This document shows, one piece after another, positions 1-14,311 of a stretch of DNA of 64,000 bases (the stretch's first letter is position 1; every line of letters starts with the position of its first letter). The notes under the pieces are model-generated. The model ran no database searches, was not told the origin of the DNA, and saw nothing but the letters and a program-made list of their open reading frames with translations. The DNA lies in the NCBI GenBank assembly GCA_051362555.1, contig CM120644.1, positions 20,296,534 to 20,360,533 of the forward strand, in the 5' to 3' direction. Source of the DNA: Lingula anatina (Eukaryota > Animalia > Brachiopoda). A program made the translations under genes and the position numbers.

Positions 1-542
1 AAAAAAAAAAAATCAGATGAGAAAATTACAAGTTATTCAAAACTCATCTGCAAGACTGGTTTGTCAAGTAAAGTGCAATAGAACACACCTTATCACTCCC
101 ATTCTGAAAGGATTACACTAGCTGCCAGTGAAGCAGAGGATTGATTATAAAGTACTTTGTATTATTTTTAAGGCAATCCACACACAAAGACCCATCTATT
201 TATCCAGTCTTGTGTTTTAACTCACCACGGCTGTCCACATGTTTTAATACTGAAAATTACCTTATTTTAGAACCTTCTGTTTTAGAGAAGGGGTCTTTTA
301 AAGTTATGGTGAAGCTAATGCAGGCAATTTTGGTGGTCTTGCCATGATGCTGGCAGTCTCGGCTGTCCTGCCATGATGCTGGCAGTCTTGGTTATCCTGG
401 GATGCTCAAATTAGAAAACCACCTCTAAAGGATTATCTTTTTTGTTTAAATTTATACTATTTTTGAAGTATTTTCATTTTTTTCATTCTGGCAGTGTTAT
501 GTATTATTTTATTTAAATCAGTTTTACCTGTTTATTTTTCAG

Positions 543-615
543 GGAGCGGTTACAAGGCAGCAAGAGAACTGATATAGACCTGTCATTCAGTGATTCATCA
601 GTGATTCATGTCTAG
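543..615 (+). CDS. Probable terminal coding exon of a gene lying left of the window (…ERLQGSKRTDIDLSFSDSSVIHV*), followed by a long AU-rich 3' UTR
   Basis: Polypyrimidine tract plus CAG acceptor ending at 542; frame open to TAG at 613-615; several AATAAA hexamers downstream (~1088, ~1393, ~2288). No family recognisable from 23 aa. Confidence 0.4.
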
Positions 616-2014
616 ATGTCTTACCATTACACCTGCAGCAGAGTGCCCCAGTGCATCTACCACTGCCTTTGGCTCTGTAGACAGCAAACTAATGAATCCC
701 CCCCCCCCCAAAAAAAAAAAAAGCAGCCACCTTTGCCCTGTTCTCATTTGGACTCTGTATGTTGTGATATAGTCAATGTGATCCCAGTCTACCTGACAGC
801 AGCACCAGCCGTCTAGCCAGCAAACAAAGCCACGTGTTATCATTTCCACCTTACTTAACTGCAGGCAGTCCGTCAATAGAGAGTGCAGTGAAAAAAATAT
901 AAATCATTTAATTTGTAGTATGCATTTTCAGCTGAGAACAAAATTATTAAAGACATTTCTTCATCTGAATAATACATGGTACCAGACATTACCAGAAGCG
1001 ATATACCTGAATTCCTGTTTGTATTCCTCCAATGAAATGCAGCTTATGCATTTGTAAAAACACTTATTAGCTCTTGGTAGTTTTCATGCAGCCTGGTTTT
1101 GGTTGAAATAAAAATTTTCTGCTTGTACTCTTAAATATGAATCTGTACTAAAGTGTGAAGCCGTGTACCTGAAGCTGAGCGATTTTGATGGCTACAGTGT
1201 ACAGCTCTTTATATCTTTAGTGATCTTATGTGGGCAGTTTGCCTCTATGACATTTATATGAACAATGAACAGTTCACTTAATGATGTGATACCAATATAG
1301 ACCAATATATTTTTTAATCGTAAAGTTAATTGTTAATATTGCATAATTTAGTCTTTTACATAGCCTTTTCTGTCATTATTTTACTTGCAGTAATAAATAA
1401 ACTTGGAATAGTTATCATTGAAAGGAACATGCATGTATTGATGGCTGTTTTCTTCGTCATTTCCTGGGTAAAGTAAGAAAAGGCAATGTGTACTATTTAA
1501 CAAACATTGGTACTGTAGTGAAGATGTGGATGGCATCTTATTCAAATTGATTTTTTACCACCATTTAAGTGCAGTCTGTTCAGCATTTTTGTAATTCGAG
1601 TGTGTAGAAACACTGTTCTGTTGATTTTTAGTTTATTTCTCTTGAACAAACTCTAAACAGTAAAGGGAAACATGGAAGGAAGCAATTATTACAAGTATTT
1701 TTCTTTTTTATTAAATTAAATGCAGTTTTAGTACTGCCCAGGAGCCACCAGCTCATGACAGTTTGAGTTATTTAGGAAAATATTAGATTTGGCCTCGTTT
1801 TCAAAAAGGGAGCGGTTGCTCTAAGAAGAACTGGGGGGAGAAGAAGGCATAATTACAGGTAAGATGTACATGTGTTAATACAATGACCAGTTGATTTATG
1901 TAATAATAAATTTGACAGGACAATACAGTATATGCTGAAGTTATATTTTGTAAATAGAGGAATGTTCGTGTATCAATTTCACTGAGTATTCTCTGAAGTT
2001 ACATTCGTCTTCTA

Positions 2015-2054
<40 letters not shown>

Positions 2055-5000
2055 TTTTTTTAGTATCTGCTGGATTTGCCAACAGAAGTGTGGTTCTCTA
2101 GTTAGCGGAAAATATCTTAATGCTTTTGTTTTGAGGATATGGCATCATACATGTATGCATTGTTTTGTTACCATAACTTTGTCTTGCAAGTTGACTGCCA
2201 TATAACTCTCTTTGTCTCTCGTCACACAAACTTGCACACATCTACAAACGCCTGGCTTATAAGTTTGTGAAAGAAAAGTGTTTCATGAAATAAAAACTTA
2301 ATCTTTGTAAAACTCCTTTGTTTTAATTATACATACATGTACATGTATTGTGTATTTTGTGAAACAAAATGAACCAGTACAATAATTAGGATATGATAGT
2401 TGTGAACACTAGTTTGTAAACATGTACCCCAGTATGTATTTCCTAAAATCTTAAGGGTTTTATTTCAATGGGATTTTAATTGATTTGAAGATGTGCATAT
2501 TTGCCACAGTGCAACTCCTGATGAGCTTTATTTATCTATACTGATACACTTTGAGATTAAAAAGTGCTGTTTTAGATAATTCGATTGTTACCAGCTTCCC
2601 CACTGCCAAGATTGTGATTTATTATTTATATTGATTTTAGTGTGCATGTTGTTGTTGTGTGTGGAAAGATATTTGCAGTTAGAAAAATGTTTTTATGTTA
2701 CATTGTATTTAATATTTTTCTAGGGTTGAGGAACATGAATGGGACCAGGATTAATCATTTTGCCATTCCTTGGCCTGCAGTTATTATGACAGAAGCACCT
2801 ATCATTTCCAAATGCTGTGTGGCAGTGAGCACCATCGCAACCTGACATTCTTTTTAGGGATGAAAAATATTTTTGTGCTGCGCTAGCTGATGCTAATAAT
2901 AATAATAATATTTATTGATCATCAGTATAACTAAGTTTGTCATATTATCTTACTGATGGGTTTGAACCATGCACCAAAAGTAGGGTATATTGCATACATG
3001 ACGTGACTTGTAGACAAATATTATACTTAGAAAAACAAAAGCTAATTCAAATGCAAATATGGATCAGCACAGGAATAACTGGGTGTCACTGAGGAAAAAC
3101 TGCTGACCCGAGGTAAATTTATAAAATTATATCATTTGTTAATATTGGTCCAGTTTTTAAAAGTGAGTAGCGTGTTTGTTGGCTAACTATATATGTACTG
3201 ATCAAGAAATGTAAAATGATCACCATATCAATAAGTTGCAAAAATAAAACTTTTTGTCACAAATATACATGTATATTTGCACAGCTTTAATCCTTGTTCA
3301 GTGTCAAATATTGATATTTTCTGTTGACAATACAGTACTTAAAAAATAAAATAAAGCAAAGTCAATTGATAAAAATGTCATTTTTTAGCCTTTTATCTGT
3401 CTTTTCATAAAAAGAAACTCATCAGTTGGCCTCATGTAATAGATAAATGCTTTTTTACAAACAAAAAATAAGATATTTTTTTTATTTTTCCCATTCTTCC
3501 TGTGCAAGCTTTGTTTCTCTATATAGACAATATTGTGCAGAAAAAATGCAAAACTAGGTTGGATTAGAACTAGAATGTACCAAGTCAAAACGAGGCTGGT
3601 ACACGGATATTGCAAGTACGCCTTTTTTCCTGCATACTCTGAATTGATTTGTGCCATTTCTGGATGAAGTTTAAGTTCCTTACATCACAGTTACATGCTT
3701 ACATTGACAGAAAGCTGAATAAATTTGCCACAACTTGCTGGTAATTTAGAATTCCGACATGTTCTCTAAGAACACAAGCATTGGAGTTAAAGTTGAGCTT
3801 CCGTTATTAGCTTTAGTAAATTTTCGATTTCAAACTCCCCTTTGTACGCAAAATAGGTTTTATGTCAACTCGAGGAGCATCTCACATGATTTGAAATTTA
3901 TTCCCTAAAATGACATTATATATAACAAAATTCTTTACCCCTAATAGCCGAGATATTCCACCGTTTCTAACACACTACTGTATCTGTAAAAAAATTCTTT
4001 TAAAAACTTTCGGTTTGGTTAAAAGCCACCTAGCGGCAGACCGGTGGCTCCCGGGCTGGTAATGTTTTTTTTTTATAAATTGTTAATGACATACTTTTCT
4101 TAGCTTCAGAACGTTTCAAGCATAAATGCTTCTGACACTACAATATTTATATTTATTTTATTCAATATACTTACTGTTCTTAGTTCAAAAGTATATTCTA
4201 AATGGTAACTTAAGATCATTTTATAAATAGGCCTAACTTCTTACATCATGTAAAGCTAGGTTAAAAACCTATAGTGAATGCACTTGAGAATCACAGAGTG
4301 TAGTGATAAGACACAAATCAAAACTCTTCAATCTAAATTTTATTGCTGAATGCTCCAGGTTTTTAATTGACTACAAACTTTGTACTATATATAAATTATC
4401 CAAAAATCTTAACTGTTAATATAATTTTACTCTTATTGATATTTATTACATTCTAGAAAATAACTGAATTTGTCTTGAAATAATAGAGAAGAATACATCT
4501 TTTCCATCAATATTGTCCCAACTCCCGGTTTTTATTATCACTTCATGGTTTGCCATTCTTAATTTGCCGAGTATAATTTATCTTGATCTCCCAGTGTGTG
4601 TTGTTCAAATTTACAATATATTTAAAGAATATTAAAATAAATATTTTGTTGTAGTTTTCCTTATATCTGATCGACAGTGTGTTGTATAAATCGGTGATGT
4701 AAAGAATTTTAATCGGGAAAAGTGGATAAAATGTAAGTAAATAGAACACATTTTACTCTATATTCCGGATATATAGTCCAAATTTCTACATTTTTCTTTC
4801 CAGCTTAAAATGCCACAAATAAATTACATTCAGAACGTTGTCTGTACCCTCGTGCTACTGATATTCAAAACCCGTGAGAGCCGTAGAAACAGAAATAAAA
4901 GGGTACACGGTAAAAAAAAAAAAAAAAAAAACGCTTTCTGGGAAGGGGAGAGAAATGTGGGGAAAATGGGGATCTTTATAAAGTAAAAGCATTTTCCTTT

Positions 5001-6152
5001 TATCCACTCCATAAGAAGTGTCTTATTTTTCTTCCAGTAGTAGTTTACATGTGTACCACAGGCGATACAAATAACCTCCGACCTTCTGCGCATAGTTACT
5101 GTACGCCTACTCCTGCTCCACCGAGCATTTTCCTCCGCTAGCCTATGGCCCAGAAGATATAAAGAGGACTTTTTTAAAACCATATCGGTCGAAAAAAATT
5201 TTTTGTGATGAAACAAAAAAAAAACTGAAGCAACTCTGCGTGTACCTACGTAAATTGTATCGAATTCCGGGCTGCTGTGCAAATTTACCAAATAGACCAA
5301 ATTTATCCAGACATTTTCCCAGCAAAAAGAGTTATTTCGAACCCCCAACTCGGCTACGGACCCGATTACGGGTACTAATACCTAAAAACTGTTGAGAAAA
5401 TACAACATGCTTAGTTGCATAAAACAGTCTGTGTTCTAAATTTAAAAATGAGTTCGGATTTTGTCTTCCGAAAGTGGAACATAAAGTGACACTGTTTCAA
5501 AATAATAGTTATTTTATTCATTTATCTTCTTTTCATCACCATCACTAGCGGATCTAATTAAGGTACAAATAACTTCCCGTGTTAGGCTTTCTTTCTTTCT
5601 TTTCCCCTGAATTTTCCCAAGAAGAACACCATTGATTTGGATTTCATCGTACGGCGTCTGTGAAAAATGTAACCTACCTGTAGCCTTTAGCAGAACGCAA
5701 ATCTTCACACCTAATACTTTCGTTTATCACCGTCTTAAACTTTTTAATATGGCAGTCCGATTTTTTGCATTTTGCACAGAGATTGACTAGTTTCTGACAA
5801 TAATGTTGATCATAGCTCCCCCCCCCCCCCACACACACACACACACACACAATAACAATCTCCGACATACTTTCTGGTTTATATATTTGTGTGTAATTTA
5901 ATCATCCCTAACTATGTCTGCTTATAACTGAAATAATGATTTTCGGTTTTATTAGTGTATCTGATTATTAATGTATCTATTATAAATGTACCTTTGTTTC
6001 TAAAAAAACCTGTGCAGATTTATTTCTTTTACTTTTATTTCTTTTACTTATATAACTACCGTATGTTGCAACTATAGTAATTTACAAAGATGAACTTTAA
6101 AGATGACATCTATTGAATCAATAATGATATATTCGGTTGATACAACTTGAAA

Positions 6153-6620
6153 TACATGGTGTCCTAGTATAAATGTAATGTGAACGCCGTTTATTTTCTG
6201 TCTACAAATTATACACAGTTCATATATATCTGGGACCTGCAGAAGTTAAACAAATCTACTAATACAAACAACTTGTCACGTGCTCAGCTGGCAAAGATGT
6301 TGTCATTTATAGAATATGTTCCAAATGTTGTAGACACATTGAATTCTACGAGCAAAATTGTCGACGACATTGATGCATTCTTCTCTAGGTACAGCTCTGA
6401 TTTCTTGAGTGCATGCAGCTCTGGGATGGTGTGAGGGTTGTTTATGTAGACTACATCCTTCAGATACCCCCACACAGCAAAATCTGGGGGTTGAGGTCGT
6501 GAGAGTGCAGAGACAACTCGAGTTTATTCTGAACAGATTGAAACACACGATATTGTTGGGAGTCTTCCCATTTGGAGACATAAATGTATTTCTCCATTCA
6601 GACTAAAAATCTCCTGATCT
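6153..6620 (-). pseudogene. Degenerate Tc1/mariner-type transposase C-terminal fragment with a probable terminus
   Basis: Frameshifted minus-strand pieces read HDLNP-DF-AVWGYLKDVVYINNPHTIPEL and QEIRAVPREECINVVDNFARRIQC, matching the (S)PDLNPxDFxLWGYLK…VY motif of Tc1/mariner transposases. TA-CATGGTGTCC at 6153 resembles a TA target plus TIR. Confidence 0.75.
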
Positions 6621-7046
6621 ATCAGACTTTTCCCTCTTTTCTTTTATTAGACATGTGGTGATTTCCTTCACGAAAATGTGCCGTCACGCTTTCTTAGTTT
6701 AGTTGATGGAGGGTAGTCATTGCAGTGAACAATAAGGAGGAAGTGCCGAAAACAAAACCACGTGAGTATCATCCTGAACACTATGACACTATGACAACAC
6801 GGGACAAAGCTTTTTCTGAAAGTTACCGACCACTTAAAAGGTGGACATTGTTTGTAATAATTGGTTTTACAAGTAGACTTCCTCAATTAACGTTTAAAAT
6901 AACACCATCTGACCCAGCTGAGGAAGCAGATATTTCTTTATTGCCGATTTTATTTTCTTTATCATTTTGTTTATCAAAGTTTTTTATTATAGCAAACTGC
7001 TAACAACACATTTCTAAACGAGGCGTTTATTTCCAAAGCATAAAAA

Positions 7047-7083
<37 letters not shown>

Positions 7084-7555
7084 TGTGTGTGTGTCGGGGT
7101 GGGGGACGTAGTAGATCGTGCGCGGGAATCTCCCTCTCTGACAATTGTCAATGTTGACAGGTATGTAATGGTCCGGGAGAATAGAGGAAGTTGAGTTACA
7201 AAGGGTTAATGTATTTGACGTCAGAGTCTGTCTCAACATGATTGTGACGCTGTCCATGAATTTCATCATATTGTGCTAGTGAAGACAGTGATAAATGATA
7301 GAGGGCGCTGATTTGATCATTTTTCTTATAATTTCTCCGGAGTATAATAAAAAGTTTTTTTTTTAATTTCTTTTTAAATACTGAAAGCATTTATTTCAAA
7401 AGTGTCCAAATTTCATGAATTTCATTCCTATGTAAAAGAGTGCCATGTAACAGTGGTAACCGTACTTGAGGCCCCTGCAGGCGATACGCTTTTTCTCTGG
7501 AAACTCATGTCGAGACGTTGTCTAGAATCGAGAAGCCGAAACAACTGAAGGTAAT

Positions 7556-7797
7556 TATTACCTCCGTCAAGGAGGTTATGTTTTCACCCCTGTTTGTCTG
7601 TCTGTTTGTTTGTTTGTTTGTCATCAACATGACTATGGGCCAATTTTGATGAAATTTTCAGGAACTGTCAGAAGTTGGTCAAGGAAGAGATGATAAGCTT
7701 TTGGTGATGATCCGGATCAATAATCAATCAGTTTTCAATAATAATAAAAAAACGCTGTCTTGGCGGAGGTCTGCACTCTCGGAGTGCTTTTCTAGTT
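7556..7797 (+). mobile_element. Helentron-associated non-autonomous element (HINE/DINE-1-like)
   Basis: Subterminal inverted repeats ACCTCCGTCAAG … CTTGGCGGAGGT, short 5' palindrome, (GTCT/GTTT)n microsatellite, 3' stem-loop GCACTCTCGGAGTGC, and CTAGTTT end. Confidence 0.75.
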
Positions 7798-9319
7798 TGT
7801 AAATATTCACCTATTTATAATAACACGCTTTATATTAATGATCTTAGGCCTAGTTGCTCAATACTTTTATCAAGCTTTATTATTTTCTCTCAAATCATAT
7901 CTAGTCTATTTAACTCCAGAATATGTATGTATATCCGATTTCAAATTATTTTTGCAAGAAATTTCAAATTTTTATAACCGACCTAGTCCTTAGTACTATT
8001 ATTTGCAACGAATAACATTTTCTTTAATTGGAGGATATCTTTTTTTTTTTTTTTTTTTTTTGCCTTATCATTGATTAAAAATATGGTCTTACTTGAAAGC
8101 TTAAACCAAATATTAACTTTAGTACAGTGATGATTGATGGACAGGTGGGTCAGAAGACCACGCGAGAACAGACTGTGCGTGCGGTGCGATTCAAACGGAG
8201 GAATATGTAGTCTGTGACTCCATACATACAGCTGAGTGCCCGTATCAGTTTCGTTCAATACACTTGTTAGAGTGAGAAATAACGACAACGATCTGGAGCT
8301 TTCGAATGTTTATTCACCGACTCTCTCTTCATACAACTTCACAAATATTTATACTCAATTTCTCCATACTGATCACGCATTTACTTGTTTTCTTTTCCAT
8401 TGTCTTTGCGTGATTACAAAATATTTTCCATTCGCATGTTGCAAGTCACCATGCATCATTTCCTTATGAGGTAATCCCTGAGAGACTTGTTTTCAATTAA
8501 AGATATCTAAAATATTATATTTGGATTACTCATGCTTGGACCTTATCCGAAACTCAGTTATCATGTGATATACAGTTGATCAAAATTAAAATATGTTATG
8601 AAATTAACCAATCACATAAACTGTTACTGACTTTGACCTTTTCCATCTTTTTCTGACACTAAAAACATGTTCTACACTTGTTGACTCTTGATGAAACTTA
8701 ACTTACACTCAATAACTCTCTATCCTTTTACTCTTTTGATTTCGCTTTAATTGTTATCTGTAATTAGTGAAAACGTAAGTCATTCGCTTTACAACACACT
8801 TTACAAATTTGAAGAACGTTTTCGCTAGTCCTAGGCCTCGAATTACGGACGCATGGAATGTATAAGACTTTGCTTGGCTAAATTTTAGTAAAGTGTTGTT
8901 CAGAACCTGTATATAATAACGTAGATTGCTGATGTTATTTTATGTGGGAATACAACCACCCAACTAACGCAGACCGTGAACAGACGTACAACACTCGAAA
9001 AGGAAATTAATCGTCTGAGAGAATTTGTTTTGCGGTGATCATTAACTTGTATTATGTTAAACAATTTTCAGTCGTTTTTATACGTATAGTTTATCTCGCC
9101 TTATAATAAAGACTGCTCCTACAATTCCTTTGTAGAATAAAAGAACTCTTAACATCTCGTGATTGATAGATTGAGTTGTCGAACAATGAATACGCCGTTG
9201 AGAGCACACTATCCCCAGAAGTATTAATATACATGTAAGTGAGATAAAGACCAAAAACTTATCTGGCGTCAGCTTGTTGAGTGATTTTAAAAGTTATGTA
9301 ATCAATGTATAAGACACTA

Positions 9320-9510
9320 AAGGCTGGATTCCACTTGGAATGCACTTCGAAAGTTTTTAACATTCAGGCCGACCACAGGAATGGGTAAAACTATTTGAAA
9401 TGCGCTCGGAATTTTTAGAATGCATGCTCTTTGAATATCCAGGAATGCACAATGAATTGTCTTTCCGACGGCATCCTTGTTCATTCTGCCTCTAGTGTGA
9501 CGGGGGTATT
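9320..9510. mobile_element. Degenerate PIF/Harbinger-like MITE
   Basis: TAA-AGGCTGGATTCCACTTG … CTAGTGTGACGGGGGTA-TTA imperfect termini; internal GGAATG/CATTC inverted motifs. Confidence 0.35.
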
Positions 9511-10904
9511 AACAGCAAGCATCAAAGGAACAATATTGAAGTACATACATCAAAACACTAATTTTTTATTGATTTATATCTTTCCTGGTATTCCTAGATT
9601 TTATATACTTCCATGCTATTACTAGTGCCACTACTTTTAAAACTAGGTATTGTTTTAACAAACGAAAATATATGTCTTAATTTTTTCAGTGCCTGCCAAT
9701 TTGGCTGCTTATTAAGATGTAGGACATTGAGCATGTGGACTATATAAAAGATGGGTTTGCATGTGCAGGAGATGTGTCTCAGAATGGATGGAGCAATGCA
9801 GACCTGGGAAGGGTACATAGTGCGAAGACTATGCAACAGATATATGTGCCACTCATATGTAAATATGAACAGTCCTGGAAGTGCCTTCTTGGAGCAGGAA
9901 AGGACATGCTGTTATGTTTTTACAAAAGGAATCCTACAATGAGAAATACATCTTATTATGCTGTACTGGAAATGCAAACCAACAAATTTCTTTTAAAACT
10001 GCCAACAACGAGTGGTGATTTTTACATACATGTATACCAGTATATACTATTTCTTCTCTGACAGTTTATTCTGAGCATTGAGTTTGCTATTGTTTTAAGT
10101 TCATAGGTCTTTTGAATGAGACCACGTGTAACATACATGTATAAAAGGAACCATGATGGGAAATCAGTTACTTTGTTCCACAGTGTTATGTAAAAAATGA
10201 GTCAGCAGAACACAGTTGGAGAGAGGTAACTCAGAGTAAGCCTGGTCCACTGCAAATATGCAGGATGGAATATCTGATGACATTGAGACTCCTGACACTG
10301 GAAACATTACAGTGTTGTGACAGTTGTAAAAATGTGGGTATTTACAGTGTGCTACCGACTTGTAAGCAAGACTTTTCTATCTTTCATATATTCTTGGTTG
10401 TCAGGTAGAGTGATTGGTACCTGAAGTCCCTCACCTGTTGTATATGTGTAGATAGGCCAAGTTTATCTGAACACAAGGTAGGAAATATTATGTATCAAAT
10501 ATACAGAATGTGATAATGGTATTGACCTCTTCTTCCCTGACTGTTATCCATTCATACTCAGACATTGTTTGCTTGAGTATTAACTTTCACTGTCCATCCC
10601 AAAACAGTTTTCACAGCTTTAAAAATTGAGCATTTTTCTGGCTGCTGGAGGCCAAGCTATGGGGTACTTACCACCAACCCAACATTAAACCCTTTGTTGA
10701 GGTTAAAATCCTTTAACAAATATTCTTGAACACTTGTAGTATCTAGAACAGGCAGTGACATGCTTACAGTTGATATCCATTTCCTTCACACAGACAAATG
10801 AATTAGATTTGATAAATTACAAATAAAAATAGGAAAGCTAGCAACATTGTGGAGGTTTGTATTGCTTTCAGAACCATGTTTAAGCAGAAAACAATAACAC
10901 ATTT

Positions 10905-10935
<31 letters not shown>

Positions 10936-11760
10936 TTTGCTATCTTTCCTGGTACTCCTAGATATTAGATACTTTCATGCTATTACTAGTACCAGTTCTT
11001 TTAATATGAAGAAATGTTTTAACACAAGTACTTGCATCAGAAGGGTCTTATTAGCACAAATACCACCTCAGTATTTCTTCCATGGAAGTTAGATTATTAT
11101 TATTCAATATTAAATCTATTATTATTATTATTATTAACTATTTATTATTCAATTGTTATAGTAAAGTTTAGAATATGACTGAAGTGTATCATGTTCTACA
11201 GGAGAGTAGCAATTATAGCACCTTTAACTGCATCCAGTACTCCTGTATTGGGGATCCTCTCACTTTGATGACATCATAGGTGCAATATCAGAAGGGAGGA
11301 GAAAGGCATCATTCAATTTCTTAACAGAGGCTGATTTGGTAAATTTATTAAAATGCCTTCCATTTCCATTAAGCAGGTACATAAACTTGGCCACTAGCTC
11401 TCTGGTACAGATTGATTTGCAACTAATATAATCTACATTGCATAAGAGATAAAGAAAAAATACCTATATTTACATATGAGCTCGCTATGTAATCCCACTT
11501 TCATTACTGTATATGGCACCAGCAAGTAAACTGCATGGCAGTGTGTTGTTCTTGAAATGAATGTGAATTAGAAAACCAAAAACAAAAGGTGAGTTTACAC
11601 TCTCAAGTCGGTAAAATAATGCATTAAATTTAGTTTAGTGTTATGAACCAGTCTGTTGAGATCTTACCTTTGAACTCAGTTAACTAAGTTGACATACGTG
11701 TTAAGTATGCTAAAAAATAAATTAAAGCGAGCGAGAAAAAAAGAAAGAAAGAAAAGAAAG

Positions 11761-12068
11761 AATAATAATAATAATAATAATAACAAGATTCTTTTATGGC
11801 GCCTTACATTCTATCTCAAGGCGCCTTACAATAATGGCTAATATACTAAAATCATTAAAATGACTACAATATTTTAATCATAAACTCTCATTGGAAACCA
11901 TTTAAAATTTACACTACTAAAAATCAATCTTATTAAAAAACATGTATATATTTAAATAAAATCTAAGAGATATAGACAGAATTAAAAATGTGGGTCTTTA
12001 AAAGAGATTTAAAATTGTCAAAGTCTTCTGTTTTTCTAATAAAATTTGGTAGACCATTCCACACAAGA
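11761..12068 (-). mobile_element. 3' end fragment of an L2-clade LINE
   Basis: Minus strand encodes LVWNGLPNFIRKTEDFDNFKSLLKTHIF, the typical L2 ORF2 C-terminus (WNxLP…FK..LKTH.F). The 3' UTR has the stem-loop GGCGCCTTGAG…AAGGCGCC and ends in a (TAT)n tail. Confidence 0.75.
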
Positions 12069-12340
12069 ATAAAGGCTGTTGCTTTCTAAAAGATAAAAGG
12101 TTTGTTTATTTTTAATCACACTGAAGAAGGTGAAAGCTTGGGCGCTTTATGCCAATTATTATTGATCTTAATGAATGCATTTTATTTTTATTTACTAGTA
12201 CTTCGGATGACCGGAAACAAATGTATTTGAAGACTTGGAAATTTGAGGGTCCCCTGAAGGCCAGTTTGGGAGAAATAGCTATTCAGATATCCTACACAGA
12301 GATGGAAACTTTTGGGAGTTCTAGAATGAAAGAAAAACTA

Positions 12341-13462
12341 AGAGCGGGTTCAGAACAGCTGGATCGGTACCTCCAAAATATTTGAACAACTAAATTGGAT
12401 TTCTCTATTTGATAGAAGAAAAATGCACGCTCAAAAAATTATGTTTTCAGTTATGGCTAATTTGGTCCCCTCCTATGTTTCTGATATATTCCGCCCATTC
12501 AGAAACCCTTTTCCAATCATAACCCGAGAAAATAACAAAAGAGACTTTAAACTTCCTCCTAAATACCCCCGTACCTCAGTTAACTATTTTCTAATGTCTT
12601 CATGGGATCAACTCTCCTCCTCCACTAAATCTTTACCTTCAATCTCATCTTTCAAGAACTCGATAAAAAATCACCTCACTGCTGGGTCGCTTTCAACAAC
12701 AACACTAAACTTGGACAGAAATCAAGAAAAAAATCTTAACAGAGCGAGGGTCGGGTGTTTATTTAGAGCAGAATTGTTTAGGCATAACTGGACTACTATT
12801 GACACACCACACTGCACCTGTGGTGCCCTTGAAACTCCTCTGCACTTCTTTTTCAGATGCCCCTCACTCAATTTAAGGTACCCTACCCTTTACCAAAAAG
12901 TAAATGAAATTCTACATGAAAGTAAGACCTCTTTTAAAACACAAAAAGAAAAGCTGTCCCTATTTCTCTACGGTCATGGATCTTTATCACCCACCCAAAA
13001 TGAAATTATCTTCGAAACTGTTGCAAATTTTCTTCTCGAAAACTTTGTCATCACTTAATAGGTACTATCTCTTTTCTTCTTCTTTCTTTCTGTACTTAAT
13101 TTGTGCTCCATAATATTTGAAGTTTTACATTTACTCTGTTGTATATATGTATCCATTTGTTTTATTTATTTATTTATTTACTTATTTAATTTTGTGGAGA
13201 GCATATAATGCTTCCAGCGCCTTGCCTCCATTTCTTTCTTTTGAATAAACGTTGTTTAAAAAAAGCTGGATCGGTCCAACTCCGCAGAGGAGTCTCGCTA
13301 AATTGCATCAAGTGTTATCAGCATAATTTTCTGACATGCCGCCTTGAGAAGCTAGGGGTAACTTCACTTTCGTGTGTACCGAATATATTGAATTCATTTA
13401 GGGAAAAATTCCTACAGAGTTGGATCGATCCAGCTAGTATGATGGGTTAATCTGAACGCTCC
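12341..13462. mobile_element. GATCGATC-family MITE copy interrupted by the LINE (left TIR 12341-12368, body 13264-13462)
   Basis: GAGCGGGTTCAGAACAGCTGGATCG pairs with CGATCCAGCT…TCTGAACGCTC; the body (GAGTCTCGCTAAATTGC, GGGGTAA) resembles the copies at 28279 and 51114-53053. Confidence 0.6.
12369..13263 (+). mobile_element. 5'-truncated CR1/L2-group (Crack/Daphne-like) non-LTR retrotransposon with a 12-bp TSD
   Basis: Frame open from the first base (TSKIFEQLNWISLFDRRKMH…) to the stop at 13058; C-terminal CTCG…H…C zinc knuckle; AATAAA plus short A tail; direct repeat AGCTGGATCGGT at 12357-12368 and 13264-13275. Confidence 0.85.
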
Positions 13463-13498
13463 TTAGTTCTGTTTGTACCCAACAAATTTACAATTTTC

Positions 13499-13551
<53 letters not shown>

Positions 13552-14311
13552 GTGTGGGATGGGGTATCACATAAAATGAGGGCCAGTTACGTACATTCCC
13601 CCGCACAAATCAATGTAGAAGAGAACGTATGGGTGTTTATGTAGTTATGAAAGGCATAGAAACATTACACGTGCAGGCACGCTGGAAACACGTTTAAGTG
13701 TTTGCGCGAAGGCACGTATGTGCGTTACCTTTCTGGTGAACAATAATTATATGTTATATACAAAACAAACGAATTAAAAAAATAAAAAATAAACTTTTAC
13801 CACGTATGTAGCGGTTAAATAGTGACGATGTAATCTGTTCATACTATCACGCTCTGGATGTACAGTGAACAGTGGCTGACTTATCTAACTCTGATAGATT
13901 CCCTTAAATGTGGGTCACCCAGGGCATCGGTTCTTAAAGGGGACATCACCCCAAAACGGGTCAGCAAACTGACGCTGTCTCACTAAACATGATCACAGTT
14001 CAGTTCAGCACAACAGGAAACCAAATTTGGGTAAAATTTAATTTTTAATGCATCATACTCATGTATTCATTATAGTTTTCTATTCAAACCAGAAATTTGA
14101 AATTTGGTGAAGGGCTACTTTGCTCATAATCAAAGGTGTCGTTACATGTAGGTAAAGGTCTGTGTGTAAACTGTCCTAACTATATCTAGTCGGGTTAAAC
14201 TTTATCTGTCATTTATCTGTCATTGCTCGGTAAAACGAATGTACATGTCAGATAACATATGCTCCCTTCTTTATCACAGCAGTCTCACTCTGATCGCGGA
14301 CATTTACCGGT

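Noticed and set aside
13934-14110. Kolobok-like ends TTAAAGG at ~13934 and ~41038
   Set aside because: No matching opposite TIR found, so element boundaries cannot be supported.
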